Positions 20,998-29,496 of a DNA stretch of 37,889 bases are shown piece by piece. How positions within the stretch are numbered: position 1 is the stretch's first letter; each line of letters opens with the position of its first letter. The stretch covers positions 1 through 37,889 of the forward strand of contig DATNKY010000260.1 in NCBI GenBank assembly GCA_035603155.1, written 5' to 3'. The stretch is from Solirubrobacteraceae bacterium (GTDB lineage Bacteria; Actinomycetota; Thermoleophilia; Solirubrobacterales; Solirubrobacteraceae). A program made the translations under genes and the position numbers. The notes below the pieces were generated by a model. That model did not search any database and was not told the origin of the DNA. It saw only the letters and a program-made list of their open reading frames with translations.

Positions 20998-21891
20998 ATG
21001 CGGATCGGCTTCTTCCTTCGCGAGGCGTTCCGCGCGATGCGCCGCAATGCGGCGCCGACGTTCGCCGCGCTCGCGACAGTGCTCGTGACGATGCTCGTCC
21101 TCGGCGTCTTCATCCCGATCGTGCAGGCGACCAATGGCGCCGCAAACAGCGTCCGCAGCCGCGTGCTGGTCGACGTCTACATGAAGAGCAACGCCACCGC
21201 CGCCGACGAGGTCAGGGTACGCAAGGAGCTGCTCGCGATCCCGCATGTGCGCAACATCCAGTTCGTATCCAAAGAGCAGGCGTTCGCGCAGCAATCAAAG
21301 CTCGATCCCGCCGCCTACAAACTGCTCGGCGCGAACCCGCTGCCGGACACCTTCCACGTGATTCCAGACCGGCCCGCCGACGTCCTTGCAGTCCACAACG
21401 CGCTCACGCCCCCCGGCGCCAATGGCCAGGCGGGGACGATCGACCCGTCGATCCAGACCGTCTCGAACAAGAAGAACGACACCAAGAAGATCCTCGAGGT
21501 GACCAACCTCGTCACGATCACGGCCGCCGCGCTGACGGTGCTGCTGACGATCGCCTCGATCTTGCTGATCGGGAACACGATCCGTCTGTCGCTGTACGCG
21601 CGCCGTCGCGAGGTCGAGGTGATGAAGCTGGTCGGTGCCACTGACTGGTTCATCCGCTGGCCGTTCGTGATCGAGGGCATCGTCGTCGGCGCCTTCGGAG
21701 CGCTGCTTGCGATCGCCGTGCTGGGCCTTGCAAAGGTCGTGCTGCTCGACCCGCTCGCCGACAACTGGACGCTGATCGCCGCCCCGAAGACGATCTCGTA
21801 CACGGCGCTCGTGATCATCCTGATGGGTGCCGGCGTGGTGGTCTCTGCGCTCGGCTCCGGGATCTCGTTGCGGCGCTTTTTGCGGGTCTGA
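20998..21891 (+). CDS. ftsX: Cell division permease FtsX
   Basis: NPLPD, NTIRLSLYARRREVEVMKLVGATDWFIRWPFVIEG. Confidence 0.95.
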   Translation: MRIGFFLREAFRAMRRNAAPTFAALATVLVTMLVLGVFIPIVQATNGAANSVRSRVLVDVYMKSNATAADEVRVRKELLAIPHVRNIQFVSKEQAFAQQSKLDPAAYKLLGANPLPDTFHVIPDRPADVLAVHNALTPPGANGQAGTIDPSIQTVSNKKNDTKKILEVTNLVTITAAALTVLLTIASILLIGNTIRLSLYARRREVEVMKLVGATDWFIRWPFVIEGIVVGAFGALLAIAVLGLAKVVLLDPLADNWTLIAAPKTISYTALVIILMGAGVVVSALGSGISLRRFLRV

Positions 21892-21945
21892 GCAGACGGC
21901 ACCTGTGGCGTAGACCCTCACCCGGGCGGCTACCCTCAGGACAGG

Positions 21946-23151
21946 ATGTTCGCCTCAAAACCACGCGGTTCGCGCCGCGGAGTACTGGCCGCCGTTGCGG
22001 TGATCGCGCTCGTCGTCGGCCTGTGGTTTGGGGGCCATCCGAGCTGGCTTCCCGCGCCGCTGCGCAGCGCGTTCGTCGATTCCAGCAGTCAGGATCGAAT
22101 CGTCGATGACGTGCTCGGCCTGATCCAGCGCGACTACTACCGTCCGGTCGCCCGCAGCGACCTGGTCAACAAGGGTCTCGCGGCGGCGGTGGCGAGCCTC
22201 CACGACCCGTACTCGCACTACTTCGACCCGGCCGACTACCACTCGTTCCAGAACGAGTCCAACCCGCACCTGAGCGGGATCGGGATCGACGTCGACACCG
22301 AGCAGCAGGGCCTGCGCGTCGTCGACGTGTTCCCGGGCTCGCCGGCGGCCGAGGCAGGACTGCGGGCGGGCGACGTGATCACACACGTCGGTTCGACGTC
22401 GCTCGCGGGCCGTTCGGCCAACTTCTCGGCTTCGCTGATCAAGGGCAAGGCCGGAACGAAAGTGACGCTGACCGTCCGATCGGGCAAGCGCTCGCACGAG
22501 GTCACGATCGTCCGCGAGGACATAACGGTGCCGGTCGCGAGCAGCAAGGTGCTCAATTTTCACGGCAAGAAGATCGGCTACGTACAGCTGACGAGCTTCA
22601 CGGAAGGCTCGGGCGCCGAGGTACGCGCCCAGGTCCAGAAGGTCCTGCATCAGGGCGCGCAGGCGCTGATCCTGGACCTGCGCGAGAACGGCGGCGGACT
22701 GCTCGAGGAGGCCGTCAATGTGGCGAGCATCTTCGTCCCCGACGGAACGATCGTCTCCACCAAGGGCCGAGCCGAGCCGCGACAGGTCTATCTGGCTAAA
22801 AACGACGCGATCGCGCCGAAGATCCCGATGGTGGTCCTGGTCGATCATGGCACCGCCTCGGCGGCCGAGATCGTCACCGGCGCGCTCCAGGATCGCGGTC
22901 GCGCGAAGGTGGTCGGGACACACACCTACGGCAAGGGCGTCTTCCAGGAGATCGAGCCGCTACCCAACGGCGGAGCGCTCGACTTCACCGTCGGCGAGTA
23001 CTTCACGCCCAACGGCCACAACCTCGGTGGCGGCGGCGTGCGGCGCGGCGCCGGGATCACGCCCAACGTCTACGCGAACACGAGCTTGCGCTCGAAGGTC
23101 GACACCGCCCTGCGGGTCGCCGAGCGGACGGTCGCCGCCGGGCAGCAGTGA
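21946..23151 (+). CDS. S41 carboxyl-terminal processing protease with PDZ domain
   Basis: DPYSHY, GIGI PDZ loop, LDLRENGGG, TASAAEI, TYGKG. Confidence 0.93.
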   Translation: MFASKPRGSRRGVLAAVAVIALVVGLWFGGHPSWLPAPLRSAFVDSSSQDRIVDDVLGLIQRDYYRPVARSDLVNKGLAAAVASLHDPYSHYFDPADYHSFQNESNPHLSGIGIDVDTEQQGLRVVDVFPGSPAAEAGLRAGDVITHVGSTSLAGRSANFSASLIKGKAGTKVTLTVRSGKRSHEVTIVREDITVPVASSKVLNFHGKKIGYVQLTSFTEGSGAEVRAQVQKVLHQGAQALILDLRENGGGLLEEAVNVASIFVPDGTIVSTKGRAEPRQVYLAKNDAIAPKIPMVVLVDHGTASAAEIVTGALQDRGRAKVVGTHTYGKGVFQEIEPLPNGGALDFTVGEYFTPNGHNLGGGGVRRGAGITPNVYANTSLRSKVDTALRVAERTVAAGQQ

Positions 23152-24923
23152 GTCCCGCCGTCCACGACGCGCGCCCGGCGGCGCGCGTCGCAGTTCTACG
23201 GCGAAAGGGCAAGTTCCTCGTCGCCGAGCCGTTCTTCGAGCCGGGTCCGCAGATCGTCGTCAGCCGCGATCGCAAGGCGGACGTCGGCGATCTCGTGATC
23301 GTCCAAGGTCGCTCGGACTCGGGCCGGCGGCCCTCCAATCGCTCGGCGATCACGCGCCGCCTCGGGCGGCCCGAGGTCGCTCGCGATGTGATCGACGCGC
23401 TGATGCTCGATCGCGGGTTGCAGCGCTCATTCGACCCGGCGGTCGAGCGCGACGCACGTGCGGCCGCGGAGGCGGCCCCGGCGCCCGACGGGCGGCGCGA
23501 TCTGCGCGAGCTGCCGACGTTCACGATCGATCCTGCGAGCGCGCGCGACTACGATGACGCGATCTCCGCGGAGGGGCTGGACGGCGGCTCCTGGAGGGTC
23601 TTCGTTCATATCGCCGACGTGTCCGCGTACGTCGCCCCGCGCTCGTCGATCGATCGCGAGGCCTACCGTCGGGCGACCAGCGTCTACGTCCCTGGCGCGG
23701 TCGAGCCGATGCTTCCGCGCAGCCTCTCCAACGGCGTCTGCTCGCTCGTCGAGGGAGAGGACCGGCTCGCGGTGACTGTCGAGATGACCGTGACCCCCGA
23801 GGGCCGGGTGCACTCCCCCTCGATGTACCGCTCGCTGATCCGCTCGGTCGCCAGGCTCGACTATGACCGGGTCGACCGGATCTTCGCCGGTTCGCAGCGG
23901 GCGCACGATCCATGGGCCGAGCCGCTCGCCGCGGCTCGGAGTGCGGCCGCGGCCCTGCGCACGCGACGCGACGCTCACGCCGCCGTGGTGGTCGACTCGC
24001 CCGAGCCCGACTTCTCGTTTGACCGCAAGGGGAACGTCGCCGGCGCCGAGCTGGTGGCGCAGACCGAATCGCACCGTCTGATCGAGCAGCTGATGATCGC
24101 CGCCAACGAGCAGGTAGCCGGATTCCTCGAGCAGCGAAAGATCCCGACCCTGTACCGGGTCCACGAGCGGCCGGAGGCGACCGCGGTCGATCGCCTGATC
24201 GATCAGCTCCAGTCGCTCGGCGTGCCGACGCCGCCGGTGCCGCGTGGCCACATGACGCCCCAGCAGGCTGCCGACGTTGCCGGCGAGGCGTCGGCGATGG
24301 TCGCCGACTGGGTCGCGCGCACGGGTCACGGAGGCCGTGCGCTCACGAGTCTCGTGCTCCGGTCGCTCAAGCAGGCCTACTATGACCACCGCAACCTCGG
24401 TCACGCCGGCCTCGGGTCGCCCCGCTACTGCCATTTCACGTCTCCGATCCGGCGCTACCCGGACCTGATCTGCCACCGCGGGCTGCTGTCGGCGGTCGCC
24501 GGCGAGCCCGCTCCCGACGCCTCCTGGGTCGCCTCGGCCGGCCCCTGGACGTCGGCGCGCGAGCGCGCGGCGATGGCGATCGAGCGCTCGGCCGACGACG
24601 TCGCGAGCTGCTTCTTGCTCGAGCGCGCGCTGGCGGAAGGCGGTGACCGCGAGGTGCCGTTCGACGGCGAGGTCGTCGGCCTGATCGGCGCCGGGGCGTT
24701 CATCGCCTTCGGCGAGCGGCTCCAATTCGAGGGCATGCTGCCGGTCCGCCGGCTCGGCGGCGACTGGTGGGAGCTCAACGAACAGGCGACGATGCTGGTC
24801 GGCACGCGGCACGGAGGCGCGATCCGGCTCGGCGACTCGGTCCAGGTCCGCGTCGATCGCGTCGACGCCCCGCGGGGTAGGGTGGACCTGGTGCCCGCCG
24901 ACGCGGTCGAGGGCGAGGATTAG
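23148..24923 (+). CDS. rnr: RNase R/RNB family 3'-5' exoribonuclease
   Basis: FTIDPASARDYDDAIS catalytic Asp cluster, HIADVS, HFTSPIRRYPD, C-terminal S1 domain; adjacent to smpB. Confidence 0.88.
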   Translation: MSPAVHDARPAARVAVLRRKGKFLVAEPFFEPGPQIVVSRDRKADVGDLVIVQGRSDSGRRPSNRSAITRRLGRPEVARDVIDALMLDRGLQRSFDPAVERDARAAAEAAPAPDGRRDLRELPTFTIDPASARDYDDAISAEGLDGGSWRVFVHIADVSAYVAPRSSIDREAYRRATSVYVPGAVEPMLPRSLSNGVCSLVEGEDRLAVTVEMTVTPEGRVHSPSMYRSLIRSVARLDYDRVDRIFAGSQRAHDPWAEPLAAARSAAAALRTRRDAHAAVVVDSPEPDFSFDRKGNVAGAELVAQTESHRLIEQLMIAANEQVAGFLEQRKIPTLYRVHERPEATAVDRLIDQLQSLGVPTPPVPRGHMTPQQAADVAGEASAMVADWVARTGHGGRALTSLVLRSLKQAYYDHRNLGHAGLGSPRYCHFTSPIRRYPDLICHRGLLSAVAGEPAPDASWVASAGPWTSARERAAMAIERSADDVASCFLLERALAEGGDREVPFDGEVVGLIGAGAFIAFGERLQFEGMLPVRRLGGDWWELNEQATMLVGTRHGGAIRLGDSVQVRVDRVDAPRGRVDLVPADAVEGED

Positions 24924-24943
24924 GGTTCGTAGGAGCGCAGCAG

Positions 24944-25429
24944 ATGGCCAAGGGACGCAAACGCAAAACCGCATCGGGTGATGTCGCCTCAAATCGTCAG
25001 GCGTCATATCGCTACAACCTGCTCGAACGGATCGAGTGCGGCATCGTGCTCACCGGCACCGAGGTCAAGTCCCTGCGCGAGGGCAACGCCCAGCTCAAGG
25101 ACTCCTACGCGACGATCCGCGACGGCGAGGTGTGGCTGATCGGTCTCTACATCGCGCCCTACGGGCCGGCCGCGCACGACAATCACGATCCCGAACGGCC
25201 GCGCAAGCTCCTGCTGCACCGCCAGGAGATCGAGCGGCTCGAGGTTCGCACCCAGGAGCGGGGCCTGACCCTGGTCCCGACCCGGATCTACTTCTCGGGC
25301 CCGCAGTCAAGGGCCAAGGTCGAGCTCGCGCTCGCCAAGGGCAAGGACCTGTACGACAAGCGCGAGTCGATCCGCAACCGCGACATGGCCCGGGACGTGC
25401 AGCGCGAGCTCCGTGAGGTCGGGCGCTGA
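24944..25429 (+). CDS. smpB: SsrA-binding protein
   Basis: GIVLTGTEVKSLR, RKLLLH, GKDLYDKRE; AGGAG RBS. Confidence 0.98.
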   Translation: MAKGRKRKTASGDVASNRQASYRYNLLERIECGIVLTGTEVKSLREGNAQLKDSYATIRDGEVWLIGLYIAPYGPAAHDNHDPERPRKLLLHRQEIERLEVRTQERGLTLVPTRIYFSGPQSRAKVELALAKGKDLYDKRESIRNRDMARDVQRELREVGR

Positions 25430-25544
25430 GGCGCCGTCGCCCGGGCCCCGCCGGCGCCGCTCGTCCCTGCACCAGGCCGGCGGAGGCGACCGTGGCGGGC
25501 GGTACAGTCCGTCAGAGGCGCGAAATGGGTAGCACTCACCAAAG

Positions 25545-25769
25545 ATGACCATCGGCACCTCGATAGTTCTGATCGCCGTCGGCGCGATCCTGAAGTGGGC
25601 CGTGACCGCGCAGCTGAGCTGGATCGACCTTCAGACCGCCGGGACCGTGCTGTTCCTGATCGGGATTCTCGGCCTCGTGATCTCGGTGGCCTACACGTTC
25701 TACTGGTCGCGCTCGCACGCGCGGGCCGGCGCCCCCGCCGCCAACGACGAGCGCGACCCGCGCTACTAG
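25545..25769 (+). CDS. Small two-TM membrane protein (DUF6458-like)
   Basis: MTIGTSIVLIAVGAILKWAV...DLQTAGTVLFLIGILG pattern, common in small actinobacterial membrane proteins. Confidence 0.75.
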   Translation: MTIGTSIVLIAVGAILKWAVTAQLSWIDLQTAGTVLFLIGILGLVISVAYTFYWSRSHARAGAPAANDERDPRY

Positions 25770-25776
25770 CGGGGTC

Positions 25777-25855
25777 TGGCTCCGACCGGGGCCCCCGTCG
25801 CGTGAGCCCCTTTCGGGTGGCTCCGACCGGGGCTCCGGCGCCTGAGCCCCTTTCG
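25777..25855 (+). repeat. Tandem duplication of a ~39-bp terminator-like unit
   Basis: TGGCTCCGACCGGGGC..CCG.CGC.TGAGCCCCTTTCG at 25777-25815 and 25818-25855; each carries a GGGGC/GCCCC hairpin followed by TTT. Confidence 0.8.
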
Positions 25856-25915
25856 TGACAAGGCGGGGGTGGCTCCCCCCTGCGCTGTCACGAGCGTCAC
25901 GAGCGTCGGCCTCGA

Positions 25916-26144
25916 CGTGCGTTCCGTGGAAAATCCGCGGGGCTCGGCCGGATTTTCCACGGACGTCCCTCGGAGCGTGCATCTCGTGGAAAACTCGCGC
26001 GGTCGCTCCGGATTTTCCACGTACGTCCCGCTGGGCGTGCATTTCGTGGAAAACCCGCACACGTCGCGCCGGATTTTTCCACGCGCGTCCCGCTGGGCCC
26101 GCATCGCGTGGAAGATTCGCGAAGGTCGCCCCGGGTTTTCCACG
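25916..26144. repeat. Array of four ~60-bp palindromic (REP/BIME-like) units
   Basis: CGTGGAAAA..CG-N11/12-CGG(A/G)TTTTCCACG with left arms at 25925, 25985, 26045, 26107; semi-conserved linker CGTCCC(G)CTGGGCGTGCAT. Confidence 0.9.
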
Positions 26145-26172
26145 AGGAGCCCGACAGGTCCGTGAGGTTCGC

Positions 26173-27102
26173 TCAGCCGAGCGTGCGCGGCAGGTGCGTT
26201 GCGTCCATGCCGATCACCAGCAGGGCCACGAGGCCCAGGTAGACCGCCGCGACCAGCCAACGGTCCCGCGGCCGCACCTTGTAGTAGATCAGCTGCTCGA
26301 GGCTGCCCGAGCGTCGCTGCTGCCAGCGCCTGTAGGTCTCGTAGCCGGCCAGCACCGCGATGATCAGGATGATCGGGTTCGGGAACAAGATCGCCAGCGC
26401 GACCATCCCGAGGAAGCCGAGCCCCCACATCCACGGAGCCATCGCCGCCATCGCGCGTCCGCCGTCGAGCGGGACCACGGGCAGCAGGTTGAACAGGTTG
26501 AGGAAGAAGCCGGTGAACGCGAGTGCGCGCCAGTAGTCGTGGCCGGTCACGCGCCAGACGACCAGACACGCCGCCGCCCCGATCGTTCCGAGAATTGGCC
26601 CGGCGAGTCCGACGCGCGCCTCGGCGGCCGCGTTGTCGCCCAGCGACCTGGCGCTGATCACAGCGCCCAAGAACGGGATGAACATCGGCGGGCTGGCCTT
26701 GATGCCCTCGCGGCGCAGCGCGATCACGTGACCCATCTCGTGGACCAGCAGCAGGACGACGAAGCCGCCCGCGAACCAGACGCCCCAGATCGTCGTGTAG
26801 GCGACGATCGAGACGAGCATCGTCCCCGCCGTGACCAGGAGCTTCGCCTTGGGCAGCAGGAAGATGATCGTCTTGATCTTCGCGAGGAAGGCGATGATCG
26901 CCGCGCCGATGGGCGCCAGCCTGCGCTTGATGAAGCCCTGTTTGGGAGGCGGATCCTGGGGCGGCTGATGCCACCCTCCGTAGCGCTCGTCGTGGTCGGT
27001 CGTCACGAAGCGCGCGTCATCGCCAGGCGTGCCGTAGCCCACGGGCTCGTACATCGGCGGCACCGACTCGGGCAGCGTAGGCGTATTCGGTTCCATGCGC
27101 AT
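26173..27102 (-). CDS. Site-2 protease (M50) family intramembrane metalloprotease
   Basis: HEMGH, LAGP, NLFNLLPVVPLDGG. Confidence 0.93.
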   Translation of the reverse strand: MRMEPNTPTLPESVPPMYEPVGYGTPGDDARFVTTDHDERYGGWHQPPQDPPPKQGFIKRRLAPIGAAIIAFLAKIKTIIFLLPKAKLLVTAGTMLVSIVAYTTIWGVWFAGGFVVLLLVHEMGHVIALRREGIKASPPMFIPFLGAVISARSLGDNAAAEARVGLAGPILGTIGAAACLVVWRVTGHDYWRALAFTGFFLNLFNLLPVVPLDGGRAMAAMAPWMWGLGFLGMVALAILFPNPIILIIAVLAGYETYRRWQQRRSGSLEQLIYYKVRPRDRWLVAAVYLGLVALLVIGMDATHLPRTLG

Positions 27103-27194
27103 CTAATTCTCGCAGGCGCCGTTCCGTCCCCACGCCACTCTTAGCGAGTCCTTATTCTGCGCGGCTTCGTCGGTGGTCGGCGGGGGACGCCGCC

Positions 27195-27223
27195 TTGGCG
27201 GGTCATCTCGGCCGCCCTATACT
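27195..27223 (+). promoter_or_regulatory. ssrA promoter TTGGCG-N17-TATACT
   Basis: Near-consensus hexamers with 17-nt spacing, 21 nt upstream of the mature 5' end. Confidence 0.75.
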
Positions 27224-27244
27224 GGATGTAGATACATAACCCCC

Positions 27245-27608
27245 GGGGACGACAGGCTTCGACGTGGTCGGTTCGTGGGGGTGGTTGCGAGTCGAGGTCC
27301 CGGGCGGCCTCGTAAAACACCCGGGAAAACAATAAGTGCGGACTCTCATGAGTTCGCGCTCGCCGCTTAGTTACTAAGCCGTGAGCGCTCCTGGCCTCTA
27401 GCTCGCCTGCGGCGGAGCAGCCGGGATCAAGCAGCAGGCTCGCTCGACTAGGCCCGCTCCGGCCGACCTCGAGGACAACTTTCGGAGCTGGTCTCCCACA
27501 ACCCCGCCGGCGTGGCGAGTGGGAGACGAGATTAGAGCGCCGGCTACGCTCGTAGACGCTACCTCTTGCGCGACTGCGGACGCGGGTTCAATTCCCGCCG
27601 TCTCCACC
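27245..27608 (+). ncRNA. ssrA: tmRNA; tag peptide (A)ADSHEFALAA* at 27338-27370
   Basis: Acceptor stem GGGGACG/CGTCTCC-A with G3.U wobble, GGCTTCGAC, T-arm GCGGGTTCAATTCCCGC, internal tag ORF ending LAA-TAG; smpB nearby. Confidence 0.98.
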
Positions 27609-27625
27609 TTATTCAACGAGTTCGA

Positions 27626-27654
27626 ACCGCCTTCCGGATCCTCCGGAGGGCGGT
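27626..27654 (+). terminator. ssrA downstream hairpin terminator
   Basis: ACCGCCTTCCGGA-tcc-TCCGGAGGGCGGT 13-bp stem. Confidence 0.7.
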
Positions 27655-27793
27655 GCCGCCGGCGAGCATGTCGGGCGCGGGTCGTCTTCATTGACGGCCT
27701 GCGCATCTCCGAGCAGCCGCCGGGCTGCTCCTCCCGAGCGTGAGCAACTGCCGCTGGGCTGCGGCGCTCCGACAGGGCGTCAGGAATCGAGCA

Positions 27794-29041
27794 TCACTTG
27801 CGCCAGCTCACGTTGCCGTCTTGACGGTAGAAGGTCTCCGTGATCGACGGGCCGCCGATTGCGAGTGTCGCGTAGCCGTTGGCCACGAAGTAGTCCGCTC
27901 CAGGACCAAGCACGGTCTTCTCGTACCATGCGACCCCCGAGGCGTTCAAGTTCGTCGCCACGCCCCACGGTATACAGCTGTGCCCGCAGCACCTCGGCGC
28001 AATCGTGATGCCGCTCGCGGTGCGGTCCGTGTAGACGACGCCCATGTGCTCGTGCCCCCAATACCAGAGAATCCTCTCACCCGAGAGCGGGGCCAGCTGG
28101 GCCACCACCTGATCCCAGAGCGTCGTCGCGACCGATCCGTCGTATAGGAGCCCATTGTGATGGGTGAGGAGGATCAGCGTTTGTGTCGCAGCGGCTGCGG
28201 CCTGCGCTTGGTCGTGTAGGAACTGGGCCTGGGTTCCCGGGCCGGTCGGTCCGAGATCTCCGATCATGTATCCCGTCGACGACACGTCCTTGTCGAAGTA
28301 GGCAGTGTCCAAGCCTACGATGCGCACGGAGTCGTTGTACAAGGCGAAGTAGCTACACCCTTCCTGGCTCTGAAACGTGGCTGAAGCGAGAGCTGTGTTG
28401 AAGTACCCAGTCCCGTGGGCGTACATATCGTGGTTGGAATTGAGCGCGAACGACTTGTCATTACCGCCCGGCCAGGCCGCTAAGAAGTTGCTCTCTTCGT
28501 AGTCACGCTCGACAACGCCACTTTCGTTCGTACCGGCGTAGTACACGTCCCCTAAATGCACGATGAAGTCATTCGCGTCTACATGGCTCGCGATCGCTTG
28601 TGCAGCTGCGTTATTGCCTCCCCAATCGCCGAGCAGAGCAATCGTCGCCGTGTTCGGGATCTGGATCGCTGCCGGCTTGTTACTGAATGGCGGTGTCTTG
28701 CCGTCCGTCCAACCCCAAGCGAGCACCACGTAGGCCCAACCGGCGTCGGTGGAATCGAAGTCGACATTGCCGAAGTAGACCTGGCCGTCCGGTCCAACGT
28801 AGGTACCGACGGCCTCGGGGGTGACTGAGTCGCTGAGCAGGCCATCGGGGTCGTCTTGGAGAAGGCTGTGCACCAGTGACAGCTCTCGTACCGGCTGCGA
28901 CTGCACGACACCATGATCTCGGATGCGCAGCAGATCGGCGTGACTGGTACGAAGGATCGGATCCAGTCGGGCACGTTCATCTGGCGGTAGGGCCGCCCAG
29001 GTCTTCTTCAACTCTTTGCTTAGTTCCGTGTAATCCTGCAT
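27794..29041 (-). CDS. Calcineurin-like metallophosphoesterase with N-terminal extension
   Basis: LLGDWG, HLGDVYY, SNHD, THH and WGHEH metal ligands; AAGGAG RBS; visibly more A/T-ending codons than the core genes. Confidence 0.85.
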   Translation of the reverse strand: MQDYTELSKELKKTWAALPPDERARLDPILRTSHADLLRIRDHGVVQSQPVRELSLVHSLLQDDPDGLLSDSVTPEAVGTYVGPDGQVYFGNVDFDSTDAGWAYVVLAWGWTDGKTPPFSNKPAAIQIPNTATIALLGDWGGNNAAAQAIASHVDANDFIVHLGDVYYAGTNESGVVERDYEESNFLAAWPGGNDKSFALNSNHDMYAHGTGYFNTALASATFQSQEGCSYFALYNDSVRIVGLDTAYFDKDVSSTGYMIGDLGPTGPGTQAQFLHDQAQAAAAATQTLILLTHHNGLLYDGSVATTLWDQVVAQLAPLSGERILWYWGHEHMGVVYTDRTASGITIAPRCCGHSCIPWGVATNLNASGVAWYEKTVLGPGADYFVANGYATLAIGGPSITETFYRQDGNVSWRK

Positions 29042-29380
29042 TTCTTACTCCTTCCTCAGCGATCCCAAGCCCCTCAAAGGCGCCGTCTCTCGAAGCGTCG
29101 ACGAGGACAGATGATGCGGGGCCACTAGAGTGTGCGACGGCGGCGCGCTATGCGCGGTGTTGCTCGAGCATCGGTGGGCGTCCGGCCGCGCGCCGTGCCG
29201 CACGGGGTTGTTGAAGGCCACACTTGCCATTTGGCCACCTCTCGATGATGAGTGCGCTGCGCGCGCCCAGCGCTTACCTGATGGAAGCCCTCGGCGACAT
29301 CCCTGCCGCAGTTAGTCCTTGCGCGGTGAGCGACCGTAGCATGGCGACGGTGACAACGGGGTTTTTCTTTGCGGGCGCGC

Positions 29381-29424
29381 GTTAGTCATACACAAGACCG
29401 GGCACGGTCTTGACCATGCCTAAC
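29381..29424. promoter_or_regulatory. 44-bp imperfect palindrome (operator or recombination site)
   Basis: GTTAGTCAT-aca-CAAGACCG-ggca-CGGTCTTG-acc-ATGCCTAAC. Confidence 0.6.
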
Positions 29425-29431
29425 TAAAGTG

Positions 29432-29496
29432 CGGTAATCCTGCTTTTGCCGTGTACGTTGACTCTCGGTAATTCTGCGTCTCCCGTGTACGTTGAC
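29432..29496 (+). repeat. Two 31-bp direct repeats (34-bp period), each resembling an ECF-sigma promoter
   Basis: CGGTAATCCTGCTTTTGCCGTGTACGTTGAC and CGGTAATTCTGCGTCTCCCGTGTACGTTGAC, 27/31 identical. Confidence 0.8.

Noticed and set aside
25916-26144. CRISPR array interpretation of the palindromic repeats
   Set aside because: Variable segments are only 11-12 nt, lie inside the hairpin loop and are partly similar to one another; no cas genes or AT-rich leader.
25536-26165. ORFs with repeated peptides across the palindrome array
   Set aside because: Peptide repeats appear on both strands as a by-product of the DNA repeats; conservation follows base-pairing, not codons.
29045-29315. Short ORFs upstream of the phosphoesterase as integrase or transposase remnants
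   Set aside because: No recognisable recombinase motifs in the frames I translated.
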